Positions 19,913-30,049 of a stretch of DNA of 64,000 nt are shown in pieces (the stretch's first letter is position 1; each line of letters begins with the position of its first letter). This DNA is from Alphaproteobacteria bacterium. Lineage in GTDB: Bacteria > Pseudomonadota > Alphaproteobacteria > Rs-D84. Below the pieces are notes generated by a model. The model saw only the letters and a list, made by a program, of their open reading frames with translations, was not told where the DNA came from and did not search any database. Position numbers and translations under genes: made by a program. Location of the stretch: positions 69,066 through 133,065 of the forward strand of contig JAFQOQ010000009.1 in the NCBI GenBank assembly GCA_017403085.1, read 5' to 3'.

Positions 19913-21681
19913 TTGATACAGAAGTTTCACGCACCTTTGATAGACGCAGTGCATTATTCCTGACCGCGGGGGCGTTTTTAACATCTGCGTTAATAATTCG
20001 TATGTTGCATATGCAACTGTTTAATTATCGCGAATATACAAAAAAAAGTGAAAGCAATTCATTTAGAATTCAAATTGATATGCCAGAACGTGGAAAAATT
20101 TTGTCTGCATCAGGACGTCCTATTTCACGCGATGCGCCGATTTACCGTATTTATCTAATCCCAGAAGAAGCCCGGGATATAGATGGCTTGATTAATATCG
20201 TTGCAAAAGATTTAAATCTGTCCAAGAAAAAAGTCGATAAAATTTATGCAAAAATAAAAAAGCAGATGAAATTTCAACCGGTGTTAATTAGTGAAAACAC
20301 TGATTGGAACGTCTTGGCGCGATTACAGGCAAAAAATCTGGCCGGGTTGCATGTGGAAAGTGGTTTTGCGCGTGTATATGAAATGGGGCCGGCAGGTGCG
20401 CAAATTTTTGGATATGTTGGCGAACCAGCGCACGCAGTTGCAAACACACCGTTTCTGACAATTGGGGTGACTGGGCTGGAAAAAAGATTTGAAGAAGAAA
20501 TGAAGGGGACTGCCGGACAGACAGTTATGATTACAAATGCCGTCGGAAGAGTCACTGGTGAAGACAAATCACAATTTATCCCCCCAATCGTTGGACAAAA
20601 TATTCAGACCACAATTCATGATAGCGCGCAACGTGCGCTATACGACGCACTGACACAACATCGTGCGGGATGTGGGGTTGCGCTGGATATCGAAACAGGA
20701 AATATCTTGGCAATGGCATCAACCCCCAGTTTTGACCCAAATATGTTTAGCAGTGATGATGGCGAAGAATACATAGACACACTACGCCAAGATTATGCCA
20801 AACCATTTATGAACAAGGCAATCGAAGGTCTGTATCCGCCTGGTTCTACATTTAAAATCGTGGTCGCGTTGGCCGCACTGGAGGCGGGTGCAATCACAGA
20901 AAAAGAAAAGATTTTCTGCCCCGGACACTGGGATTATGGTGATCGCAGATATCACTGCTGGGAAGACAAGGGGCATGGCTGGGTCGATTTAGCCGGTGCA
21001 TTAAAACACTCGTGTGACATATATTTCTATCAGGTGGCATTACGTATTGGTATTGATGCAATCAAAGAAATGGCTATAAAACTGGGGCTGACACAAAAAT
21101 ATATGGATGATGTTTTGTCCCGTGAAATGGCCGGTGTTATGCCAGACAGGTACTGGAAGGAAAAAAATATTGGCAGCCGATGGGTTCATGGTGACACTGT
21201 CATTTCGGGTATTGGTCAAGGGTTTATTCTGACCAATTGTCTGCAATTGGCAATTATGACAGCGCGCGCGGTGTCTAATAAAAAAGTTGTACCACGATTG
21301 ATTTATGATAAAAAAAGACCTGTGTTTCAATCGCTGGGGCTGCAAAACAAAAATATGAAAATTGTTATGTCGGGGCTGGAACAAGTATTAAAGACTGGAG
21401 GAACCGCCGCAGGCAGTGCGATTAACGTCGATGGGGCGCGTATGGGCGGAAAAACAGGAACATCACAGGTGCGCAGTATTTCAAAAAAAGAAAGACAAAG
21501 TGGTGTTCTGACCAATGAACAATTAAAGTGGAATATGCGAAACCATGGACTGTTTGTTGGATATGCGCCAACAAATAAACCAAAGTACGCAGTATGCGTC
21601 GTGACAGAACATTCTGGTACCAGTGGGCCCGCCGCACGAACCGCAGCAGCAGTTATGCGTGAATTATTAAAAAAAGGATAA
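19909..21681 (+). CDS. mrdA: Penicillin-binding protein 2
   Basis: PERGKI, YPPGSTFK, SCD, KTGTSQ. Confidence 0.95.
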   Translation: MIDTEVSRTFDRRSALFLTAGAFLTSALIIRMLHMQLFNYREYTKKSESNSFRIQIDMPERGKILSASGRPISRDAPIYRIYLIPEEARDIDGLINIVAKDLNLSKKKVDKIYAKIKKQMKFQPVLISENTDWNVLARLQAKNLAGLHVESGFARVYEMGPAGAQIFGYVGEPAHAVANTPFLTIGVTGLEKRFEEEMKGTAGQTVMITNAVGRVTGEDKSQFIPPIVGQNIQTTIHDSAQRALYDALTQHRAGCGVALDIETGNILAMASTPSFDPNMFSSDDGEEYIDTLRQDYAKPFMNKAIEGLYPPGSTFKIVVALAALEAGAITEKEKIFCPGHWDYGDRRYHCWEDKGHGWVDLAGALKHSCDIYFYQVALRIGIDAIKEMAIKLGLTQKYMDDVLSREMAGVMPDRYWKEKNIGSRWVHGDTVISGIGQGFILTNCLQLAIMTARAVSNKKVVPRLIYDKKRPVFQSLGLQNKNMKIVMSGLEQVLKTGGTAAGSAINVDGARMGGKTGTSQVRSISKKERQSGVLTNEQLKWNMRNHGLFVGYAPTNKPKYAVCVVTEHSGTSGPAARTAAAVMRELLKKG

Positions 21682-21689
21682 ACGAATAA

Positions 21690-22835
21690 ATGGCCAAGCA
21701 AACACGTGTATCAAATGCAAATATGATGAATTTCCCAGAAAAACTAAGTCGTTTTTCGTGGGCGCTGTTTGCACCAATGTGTATGGTTTTGGCGATATCT
21801 ATTGTTGTGTTATATTCGGCCGGTGGCGGTAATTGGCGACCCTTTGCATTGTCGCAATTGATGAAGATTATATTAGGATTTGGTGTTTTCTTTGTTGCGG
21901 CGTTTTCTAATATCAAGACATGGATAAAATCTGCATATTTAATTTATGCAATTGCGCTGATTATGATTGTGCTGGTGACATTTGTTGGACATACAGGTAT
22001 GGGCGCGCAAAGATGGTTGAACCTGGGATTTATACATATTCAACCATCAGAATTGATTAAGATTGCGTTGGTGCTGGCATTGGCGCGATATTTTGCATGG
22101 ATGAATTCTGTTGAACTATCACAATTTAAAAATTATTTAGTGCCTGCAATGATGCTGTTGGTGCCGTTTGCATTGATTGTTGCGCAACCAGATTTGGGTA
22201 CGGCATTGTCACTGGGGATGATTACAGTTGGGGTGTTTTATATCGTGGGCGCAAACAAGAAATGGTTTATAATCGCGGCTATTTTAGGACTGATGGCGGC
22301 ACCGGTTGTTTGGTATGGTGGTTTGCACGATTACCAACGTGGGCGTATTATAACATTTTTAAACCCAGATAGCGACGTCCAGGGCGCAGGATATCAAATT
22401 AACCAAGCAAAAATCGCGTTCGGCAGTGGTGGAATGCTGGGCAAAGGATATATGAAAGGGTCACAATCACAACAATCTTTCTTGCCAGAAAAACAAACTG
22501 ATTTTATTTTTACTATGCTGGGTGAAGAATTCGGTTTCGTCGGGGCGTTTGCGTTATTATTTATATACAGTTGGATTGTAATTGTGCTGTTTTGGTGCGC
22601 AAAAATGTGCAGAAATCGATTTGGACAATTAATTTGTTTTGGTTTTATGTTGAACTTTTTTGTTTATTACTTTATAAATATTTCTATGGTTTTGGGAATG
22701 CTGCCGACAGTTGGGGTACCGTTGCCCTTGATGTCTTTTGGTGGCAGCAGCCTGTTATCACTGATGTTCGGTTTCGGGCTGTGCCAAAATGCACATATTC
22801 ACAAAGACCAACAATTATCTGCCAAAGGAAGTTAA
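21690..22835 (+). CDS. rodA: Rod shape-determining protein RodA
   Basis: GAQRW, IQPSE, QPDLGTA, PEKQTDFIF, GVPLPLMSFGGSS. Confidence 0.95.
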   Translation: MAKQTRVSNANMMNFPEKLSRFSWALFAPMCMVLAISIVVLYSAGGGNWRPFALSQLMKIILGFGVFFVAAFSNIKTWIKSAYLIYAIALIMIVLVTFVGHTGMGAQRWLNLGFIHIQPSELIKIALVLALARYFAWMNSVELSQFKNYLVPAMMLLVPFALIVAQPDLGTALSLGMITVGVFYIVGANKKWFIIAAILGLMAAPVVWYGGLHDYQRGRIITFLNPDSDVQGAGYQINQAKIAFGSGGMLGKGYMKGSQSQQSFLPEKQTDFIFTMLGEEFGFVGAFALLFIYSWIVIVLFWCAKMCRNRFGQLICFGFMLNFFVYYFINISMVLGMLPTVGVPLPLMSFGGSSLLSLMFGFGLCQNAHIHKDQQLSAKGS

Positions 22836-22839
22836 GGAT

Positions 22840-25077
22840 ATGAATTTACTGATTGTAGAATCTCCGTCAAAAGCAAAAACAATTGAAAAATACCTGGGGG
22901 CAGGGTGGCGCGTTATTGCGTCAGTTGGTCATGTGCGCGATTTGGTTCCGGAAAACGGCAGTGTTGATACAAATAATAACTTTGCAATGCGGTGGCAAAT
23001 TATGCCAGGCAAAGAAAAACAAATAAAACTGATTACAGATGAATTAAAAAAGGCAGATGCGGTTTATCTGGCAAGCGACCCTGACCGTGAGGGAGAGGCG
23101 ATTGCATGGCATTTGCTGGATATTTTAAAAAGTAAAAAACTGTTAAAAGATAAAAAAGTTTATCGCGTTGCATTCCACGAAATTACAAAAAAAGCCGTAC
23201 TGGCCGCAATCAAAGAACCACGTGAAATAGATACTAATTTAGTTGATGCATATTTGGTTCGACGCGCACTGGATTATCTGATTGGGTTTGGTGTTTCACC
23301 ATTGTTATGGCGCAGAAATCTGGGAAAATCTGCGGGACGCGTGCAATCTGTTGCCGTGAAATTAGTGGTAGATAGAGAAAAAGAAATCGAAGAATTTAAA
23401 CCTGTGGAATACTGGTCGCTAGAATCAGTATGTCGCGCACAAGATGCAGATTTTAAATCAATGCTGGCACGATTTGATGGTAAAAAAATCGAAAAGATGA
23501 CCATCGAAAATAAAGACCAGATTGATAATATACTGGGCAAAATCGGTAATCCTGAAATTCGCGCAAACGTTATAAATGTCGAAAAAAAGAAAACTATGCG
23601 CAAGCCGGCGGCACCATTTACAACATCAACACTGCAACAAGAGGCAGCGCGAAAATTATACTTTGCATCAAAACGAACAATGAGTGCGGCACAACACCTG
23701 TACGAACAGGGGTTGATTACATATATGCGTACAGACGCAACAAACCTGAACGCGGATGCAGTAAATGAAATTCGCGCATTTATTGCACGCGAATATGGTG
23801 AAAATTTTGTCCCAAAATCACCAAATGTATATGCAACAAAATCTAAGAACGCCCAGGAAGCACACGAAGCAATCCGACCAACACATTTTGACGCACCAGC
23901 CACTGGTTTAACCGGGGACGAGGCAAAATTATATGACCTGATTTGGAAACGCACAATTGCATGCCAGATGCGTAATGCAGAATTTGATTCAGTTGCCGCA
24001 GATATTGAAACGGAAAACCATGTCGCTGTTTTCCACGCAGTTGGTTCAACGCGTACATTTGATGGATTTACAAAAGTTTATACCGAAGATAAAGACGACG
24101 AAGAAGATAAACGTGAATCTAAGTTGCCCGTACTAAATATTGGGGACGAGATAAAGATTACAGAACTGGTTCCAGAACAACATTTTACACAGGCGCCACC
24201 AAGATATACCGAAGCGTCTTTGGTAAAAAAATTAGAAGAACTGGGTATTGGACGACCTTCTACGTATGCAACAATTATGAGTACGATTGTCGATAGAAAT
24301 TACGTAGAACAAGATAAACAAAGACGTTTCCACCCAACATCAGGCGGATGGGTTATTGCATCGTATCTGAATAAATATTTTACAGATTTGGTCGATGTTA
24401 ATTTTACCGCAAAAACAGAAGATACGTTGGACGATGTTTCAAATGGAAAACAAGATAAGATTTGCGCATTGAAAAACTTCTGGCAACCAACAGATGCAAT
24501 GATTGATGGCGCACGCGGTGTAAAAACCAGCGATATTATTGATGAAATAAACACGTTTATGCATAATCATTTATTTGCAGATGGTAATGATACATGTCCG
24601 GAATGTGGTGGAAAACTGGGGATAAAATTATCAAAATTCGGACCTTTTATTGGTTGTGAAAAATACCCAACATGCAAATATACAAAACAACTTAGCAAAA
24701 CAGATAAAACGACACAGACCACAGAATCCGCCGTACAGACAAAATCAGACGCAATAGAATTGGGGGACGGGATTGAATTTCGCGTTGGTAAATTTGGACC
24801 ATATGTAACAGATGGTGCAAAAAACGTCGCCGCCAAGCAATATACACACGAAACCATAACTTTGGATGCGGCACGTGAATTACTGGCCGGCGCCAAGAAA
24901 AAAGCAGAACCAATTAAAATTGGCGAAAATCCAGAAACCAAGAAAATGATTTTCTATTACCCAACAGGACGATATGGCGCGTATATTTCATCTAATCGCG
25001 TTAATGTTTCTGTCAAGGATATGCCGGATTTAGATACTGCGATAAAACTGATTAACGACAAGGCAAAGAAAAAGTAA
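22840..25077 (+). CDS. topA: DNA topoisomerase I
   Basis: IVESPSKAKTI, DPDREGEAI, SAGRVQS, ITYMRTD, QEAHEAIRPT. Confidence 0.97.
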   Translation: MNLLIVESPSKAKTIEKYLGAGWRVIASVGHVRDLVPENGSVDTNNNFAMRWQIMPGKEKQIKLITDELKKADAVYLASDPDREGEAIAWHLLDILKSKKLLKDKKVYRVAFHEITKKAVLAAIKEPREIDTNLVDAYLVRRALDYLIGFGVSPLLWRRNLGKSAGRVQSVAVKLVVDREKEIEEFKPVEYWSLESVCRAQDADFKSMLARFDGKKIEKMTIENKDQIDNILGKIGNPEIRANVINVEKKKTMRKPAAPFTTSTLQQEAARKLYFASKRTMSAAQHLYEQGLITYMRTDATNLNADAVNEIRAFIAREYGENFVPKSPNVYATKSKNAQEAHEAIRPTHFDAPATGLTGDEAKLYDLIWKRTIACQMRNAEFDSVAADIETENHVAVFHAVGSTRTFDGFTKVYTEDKDDEEDKRESKLPVLNIGDEIKITELVPEQHFTQAPPRYTEASLVKKLEELGIGRPSTYATIMSTIVDRNYVEQDKQRRFHPTSGGWVIASYLNKYFTDLVDVNFTAKTEDTLDDVSNGKQDKICALKNFWQPTDAMIDGARGVKTSDIIDEINTFMHNHLFADGNDTCPECGGKLGIKLSKFGPFIGCEKYPTCKYTKQLSKTDKTTQTTESAVQTKSDAIELGDGIEFRVGKFGPYVTDGAKNVAAKQYTHETITLDAARELLAGAKKKAEPIKIGENPETKKMIFYYPTGRYGAYISSNRVNVSVKDMPDLDTAIKLINDKAKKK

Positions 25078-26687
25078 TGGCAACCCTTAACCGCAATTTT
25101 ACCGATGAACTGCGCGCCAGATTATCAATTGTTGATGTAGTAGGGCGACGTGTGCCGTTGGTAAAAAAGGGTCAAAATTATTGGGGCTGCTGTCCGTTTC
25201 ATAATGAAAAAACACCCAGTTTTTCTGTTAATGAAGAAAAAGGATTCTATCATTGTTTTGGGTGTGGCGAACATGGCGATATTATTTCTTTTACAATGAA
25301 AGTAAATAATATGGATTTTCGGGCCGCAATCCAAGAATTAGCCAACCAAGCCGGTGTAAAAATGCCGGACTATAAACCACGCGATCCACGCGTTGTGCAA
25401 CGCGAAGAATCACTGTTTGATATATGCGAAAAGGCCGCACAGACATATGTCGAAAAACTTTTTACGCCAGATGGCGCGCATGCATTAGAATATATAAAAC
25501 AACGCGGTTTTACAGACGATATGATAAAAAAATATCGTATCGGATATGCGCCACGAAATAATATTATTGCAAATAAATATGCAGATTCTAAACATTTAAT
25601 TGAGGCTGGTTTATGTCGGCGCGGCGAATATGGTATGTATGACTTTTTTCGCGATAAGTTAATGTTTCCTATATTTAATCCCAAAGGTAATGTTGTTGCG
25701 TTTTCTGGGCGTTCATTAGATGGCAGCGAACCTAAATATATAAACACAACAGATACAGATATATTTCATAAACGCAGAACCGTATTTGGATTTAATTTTG
25801 CACGTGACGCAATACATCGCGCAAACAGAACAATTGTTGTCGAAGGACAAATCGACGCAATAAAAATGCAATGCGGTGGATTTCCAGAAACCGTTGCGCC
25901 ATTGGGGACGGCATTAACCGAAGATCATATTAGTTTGCTGTGTAAATCTAATCGTAATATAACGTTTTGTTTTGATGGTGATAATGCGGGACAAAAGGCC
26001 GCTGCGCGCGCATGCAGTATTATTATGCCGTTTGCACGTGATACATCTGATATAAAATTTGCATTTGTGACAGGTGGCAAGGACCCTGATGAAATTTTAA
26101 AATCCCAGGGACAAGACGCCATGCGCAAGATTATAGACGATGCGGTGCCACTGGTTGATTTTTTATGGAATTTAACAAATGCAAGTTTTGTTGTTTCAAC
26201 CCCGGGCGGACGCAGCCAGGCAGAAAAATTCTTGAAAAAAGAAATTGATAAAATCACAGATCCTGATTTTAAATCTGAAATAGAAAAAGAATATAACGCA
26301 CGTAAATTTAATTCGTGGCACAAGTGGAAACGCACGGATTCCGCCGTACAGATAAAATTGCCTGATATTGATACAATTACAAAAAATACGTTGGTTTATA
26401 TTGTAAATACGTTCCCAGAATTGGGCGAACGATATATGGATTTTTTAGGGACATTGAACATCGATTTTGATGGAAATGCCGCAGATTTAAATTTAGATCT
26501 GACTGCGGCTGAAAAATATATAGTTTCATTAAAAATTCAACGTCATTTAGAAAAACTGAATACACAAAAACAAAATTTGATGACACAATTATTGTCCGGT
26601 GACGAAGGTGTTCGTAATCAGATTTCACAAATTGATGAAGATATAAAAAAATATCAGCAAAAATTAGACACACTAATTTCAATGTAA
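25077..26687 (+). CDS. dnaG: DNA primase
   Basis: CPFHNEKTPSF zinc ribbon, PKYIN, VVEGQID, FDGDNAG, KDPD. Confidence 0.97.
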   Translation: MATLNRNFTDELRARLSIVDVVGRRVPLVKKGQNYWGCCPFHNEKTPSFSVNEEKGFYHCFGCGEHGDIISFTMKVNNMDFRAAIQELANQAGVKMPDYKPRDPRVVQREESLFDICEKAAQTYVEKLFTPDGAHALEYIKQRGFTDDMIKKYRIGYAPRNNIIANKYADSKHLIEAGLCRRGEYGMYDFFRDKLMFPIFNPKGNVVAFSGRSLDGSEPKYINTTDTDIFHKRRTVFGFNFARDAIHRANRTIVVEGQIDAIKMQCGGFPETVAPLGTALTEDHISLLCKSNRNITFCFDGDNAGQKAAARACSIIMPFARDTSDIKFAFVTGGKDPDEILKSQGQDAMRKIIDDAVPLVDFLWNLTNASFVVSTPGGRSQAEKFLKKEIDKITDPDFKSEIEKEYNARKFNSWHKWKRTDSAVQIKLPDIDTITKNTLVYIVNTFPELGERYMDFLGTLNIDFDGNAADLNLDLTAAEKYIVSLKIQRHLEKLNTQKQNLMTQLLSGDEGVRNQISQIDEDIKKYQQKLDTLISM

Positions 26688-26688
26688 A

Positions 26689-26745
26689 AAAATAAAACAC
26701 CGGCTTTTTTGAACATTTTTATCAAAAAGGCCGGTATTTTTAACA
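26689..26745. repeat. About 57-bp repeat, copy 1 (two 16-bp palindromes 31 bp apart)
   Basis: AAAACACCGGCTTTTT (26694-26709) and AAAAGGCCGGTATTTT (26725-26740). Confidence 0.85.
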
Positions 26746-26804
26746 AATTGATTCGGTTTATTAAGTTATTGACATAAAATATTTTTGTGCTAATAATAAA
26801 TATT

Positions 26805-27752
26805 ATGAAAAGATTATTAACACGCGATGAATTTTGTTATTGGTTGGATAACAATTTTACATGGTCGCCTTTTTTTAAGATTACTAATTTGTGCAATTAT
26901 TGTTGCGCACATTGTTGCGAACGCAGTTCCCCGAACGAGGCACCAACATTTATCCCAATGGCAGATATTCGCGCAATCACAGAACAATTTAAATATGTAA
27001 AAAACAAAATGCCAGTTGCTGTGGTTAGTGGTGGCGAACCAATGATGACATATAAACACGTGCCATATTATATTCCACAGATAATGAAGGTATTACACAA
27101 GGCCGGATTTGCAATTGAATTAAAGACAAATGCAGGATGGGTACTGACAGATGCAGCCGACAGGATTTTTAACGACCAAACCGAATTCTTTGCAAAAAAT
27201 CCACATGCGTATTTTTCGTATCATCTGTCACTGGACAGATTTCACCCACAATCATTAAAAACAACCGTGGAATTCTTACGATGGTATTATGAAAACGATA
27301 GAATATCAGACAAGGCAAGCGTACATTTGTTCTTTGATGATGCGCAATTTGTGACTGATACTTTTATGAGCCTGGCAGATAAATATAATATTATGCTAGA
27401 TATGGAACGCAGACCAACAAATGAATTTGCTAAAATTGGGGCAAATTTATTCAGCGGCAAAGAAAAGTACATTGTTATTGAACCATATTCTGGTATTGAT
27501 AATCGTGGTCGCGCACGCGATAATGGTATTTGGACAAAACAAAATACGATTTTAAAATCTTTTTCAAACGCGGGCGATACACACGCAATAACATTTGATA
27601 ATAATGGGTATTCTTATTTTGACTGCGCCAGCGACCGTGTGAAAGTACCATACAGAAACCAACGCGGAAAAATAAAAACAATAGAACAGATAAAACGCGA
27701 ACTGTTTAATTTGTTATACGACAAATACATCATCGAAGAAACACAAAAATAA
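26805..27752 (+). CDS. Radical SAM protein of unknown function
   Basis: CNYCCAHC (CxxxCxxC), SGGEP, KTNA, SLDRFH; TTGACA box upstream at 26769. Confidence 0.85.
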   Translation: MKRLLTRDEFCYWLDNNFTWSPFFKITNLCNYCCAHCCERSSPNEAPTFIPMADIRAITEQFKYVKNKMPVAVVSGGEPMMTYKHVPYYIPQIMKVLHKAGFAIELKTNAGWVLTDAADRIFNDQTEFFAKNPHAYFSYHLSLDRFHPQSLKTTVEFLRWYYENDRISDKASVHLFFDDAQFVTDTFMSLADKYNIMLDMERRPTNEFAKIGANLFSGKEKYIVIEPYSGIDNRGRARDNGIWTKQNTILKSFSNAGDTHAITFDNNGYSYFDCASDRVKVPYRNQRGKIKTIEQIKRELFNLLYDKYIIEETQK

Positions 27753-27803
27753 AACACCGGCTTTTTTGAATATTTTTATCAAAAATGCCGGTATTTTTTA
27801 ACA
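27746..27803. repeat. About 57-bp repeat, copy 2
   Basis: AAAACACCGGCTTTTT (27751-27766) and AAAATGCCGGTATTTT (27782-27797); near-identical to copy 1. Confidence 0.85.
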
Positions 27804-27813
27804 TTTTTATTTT

Positions 27814-28893
27814 CTAGTTATTAAACAAGAAATGACAAATGTCACCAGGTTGCATGATATAATCACGGCCGACCAGACGCATTTTGCCAGCCTCTTTAAC
27901 CGCAACTTCGCCGCCCAATGAAATAAAGTCAGATGGTGATATTACTTCGGCACGGATAAAACCTTTTTCAAAATCTGTATGGATTTTACCAGCCGCCTGG
28001 GGGGCAGTCATGCCGACAGTGATTGTCCATGCATGCGCTTCTTTTGGGCCAATTGTGTAATATGTTTGCAGGCCAAGTGTTTTGTATCCTGTCTTGATAA
28101 CCTGGTCCAGACCAGATTCAGATAACCCCAGGTCATCTAAGAACATTTTCCTTTCGTCTGGGTCAATAATCTGGGATATTTCCATTTCTATCTTTGATGA
28201 AATGACCAAAACATCTGCAACATCACCAAATTTTTGTTTTACCATATCAGAATATTTATTCCCGGTGGCGGCCGCAGATTCTTCGACGTTGCATACATAA
28301 ATTACAGGTTTGGTTGTCAGCAAATTAAATGGTGTTGAATCAATTTCCGCCATACGGGCCGGTATAAATTTTTCCAGATTTGCCTTTATCGCGTTTGCGT
28401 CAGCCAATAATTTAATTGCATCTTTATCCAGACCACGTGCCTTTTTTTCCAGATTTTTAATCTGTTTATCAATGCTTTCAAGATCAGCCAGCATCAATTC
28501 TGTTTCGATTGTTTCAATGTCGGCCAACGGGTCAATACGACCATTAACATGCACAATATCATCGTTTTCAAAACAACGAACAACATGAATTATTGCGTCT
28601 GTTGATAAAATATTGCCCAAGAATTTATTCCCAAGACCTTCGCCCGCAGACGCGCCCTTGACCAGGCCCGCGATATCAACAATTTCAAGTTGGGTCGGTA
28701 TGATTTTTTGAGAACCTGCAACACGCGCCAACGCATGCAATGTCGCATCAGGTACAACAACACGGCCCGTGTTTGGTTCGATTGTGCAAAATGGATAATT
28801 TTGCGCATCGGCGGCGGCACTTTGTGTCAAGGCGTTAAATAATGTAGATTTACCAACGTTTGGCAGGCCTACAATTCCACAATTGAATCCCAT
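27814..28893 (-). CDS. ychF: Redox-regulated ATPase YchF
   Basis: GIVGLPNVGKSTLFN, NYPFCTIEPN, DIAGLVKGAS.GEGLGN, IHTDFEKGFIRAE. Confidence 0.97.
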   Translation of the reverse strand: MGFNCGIVGLPNVGKSTLFNALTQSAAADAQNYPFCTIEPNTGRVVVPDATLHALARVAGSQKIIPTQLEIVDIAGLVKGASAGEGLGNKFLGNILSTDAIIHVVRCFENDDIVHVNGRIDPLADIETIETELMLADLESIDKQIKNLEKKARGLDKDAIKLLADANAIKANLEKFIPARMAEIDSTPFNLLTTKPVIYVCNVEESAAATGNKYSDMVKQKFGDVADVLVISSKIEMEISQIIDPDERKMFLDDLGLSESGLDQVIKTGYKTLGLQTYYTIGPKEAHAWTITVGMTAPQAAGKIHTDFEKGFIRAEVISPSDFISLGGEVAVKEAGKMRLVGRDYIMQPGDICHFLFNN

Positions 28894-28920
28894 AATTAAA
28901 TCCTTTATAATGGTCACAAT

Positions 28921-29589
28921 ATGTCATACATGTGGAATGAATTCAACATAAAAACCATGCGCGCGGAAACTATTGTTTATCGCGATGGTGTGTATTGTCC
29001 TGATTTATCAACATTGGAAAACAAGCCAATAGATAAAAAATACGATTTACCTGTTCATATTATATATGTTGGTGAAATTTCAGGTGAAAATAATCTGAGT
29101 GTAAATATTACATGCCAGGATCAACAGGTGGTGTTGAGTGTAAATGTAAAAAATAAAAAGCCGGCTTTTTTGAACATTTTTATTAAAAACACCGGGAAAA
29201 ATTCAGAAATTCGTGGAACGGTATTTTTAGAAAACAATTCTGAATTAAAATATAATTGTGTGGCGCATCATATGTGTAAAAATACGGCTATTTTGATAAA
29301 AAATAAACTTTTAGCCGGAAAAAAATCGGTATCGGAATTATCTGGGGTGGCAATAATTGATACAAATTGCCCGGGGTGCGCGTCTGATGTTGGATTTGTT
29401 GCGATGGCCGACGAAGGCGCCAAAATTATATTTAAGCCAGAACAAAGAATAAGTGCAGAACCATTGTCTGCGGAACATAGCGCGGCAATATATCGCCCGT
29501 CAGATTTTCAAATTCAATACCTGCGTGGCGCGGGTTTATCCGGGGCCGAGGTTGATTTAGCCATGAAGGAAGCCTTTATGAGTGAATAA
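28921..29589 (+). CDS. SufB/SufD-like beta-helix protein
   Basis: C-terminal P.QRIS....AEHSAAI...QIQYLRGAGLS..E resembles the SufD C-terminus. Confidence 0.6.
   Translation: MSYMWNEFNIKTMRAETIVYRDGVYCPDLSTLENKPIDKKYDLPVHIIYVGEISGENNLSVNITCQDQQVVLSVNVKNKKPAFLNIFIKNTGKNSEIRGTVFLENNSELKYNCVAHHMCKNTAILIKNKLLAGKKSVSELSGVAIIDTNCPGCASDVGFVAMADEGAKIIFKPEQRISAEPLSAEHSAAIYRPSDFQIQYLRGAGLSGAEVDLAMKEAFMSE
29150..29201. repeat. Repeat copy 3, inside the SufD-like CDS
   Basis: AAAAAGCCGGCTTTTT (29155-29170)-TGAACATTTTTATTA-AAAACACCGGGAAAAA (29186-29201), read as KNKKPAFLNIFIKNTGK. Confidence 0.8.
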
Positions 29590-29866
29590 AATTTCAATAT
29601 GTAATATAATTTGCATGTCATCAGGTGGAGCAACCCTCACAAGCACAATACGTTGTACCCAGAATCCGCTTATAAACAATATGGTATGCAGTGGTTGTTC
29701 CCAGTGTCCAAATCACAAGGATGGCACAACACCAACATCTGCCGCAGGCAGTATGGATATTACAGATTGCTATGTGACAACAAACCAAACATGGACAGAA
29801 ACGGATGCGTCTGGGACAAAAACCAGTCGATTTAAATCAACATGTTCATATAAGGAAAATGAATAA
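29582..29866 (+). CDS. Small Cys/Thr-rich hypothetical protein
   Basis: GTG start overlapping the upstream gene; CSGCSQCP...SAAGSMDITDCY...CSY; followed by terminator. Confidence 0.6.
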   Translation: MNKISICNIICMSSGGATLTSTIRCTQNPLINNMVCSGCSQCPNHKDGTTPTSAAGSMDITDCYVTTNQTWTETDASGTKTSRFKSTCSYKENE

Positions 29867-29893
29867 AAAAAACCGCCGATTGGCGGATTTTTT
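29865..29893. terminator. Bidirectional terminator
   Basis: AAAAAACCGCCG-AT-TGGCGGATTTTT. Confidence 0.75.
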
Positions 29894-30026
29894 ATTTCTT
29901 CTTAAAGCCCTGTTTTGCTTTGAACTTTGGGTTCGAAGGGTCAATTAAGATAACTTGCTTTCCACGACGGATTTGTTTTACATTACCGCGTTTCTTCCAA
30001 GCCTTTAAGGAACTTAAAAATTTCAT
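29892..30026 (-). CDS. rpmJ: 50S ribosomal protein L36, Cys-free (type B); absent from the ORF track
   Basis: Own translation MKFLSSLKAWKKRGNVKQIRRGKQVILIDPSNPKFKAKQGFKKK; AAGGA SD. Confidence 0.92.
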   Translation of the reverse strand: MKFLSSLKAWKKRGNVKQIRRGKQVILIDPSNPKFKAKQGFKKK

Positions 30027-30049
30027 ATCAAAATCCTTTTTACATGGCG

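Noticed and set aside
26689-29201. CRISPR array
   Set aside because: Repeats are 1-1.4 kb apart with genes between them; no spacers or cas genes.
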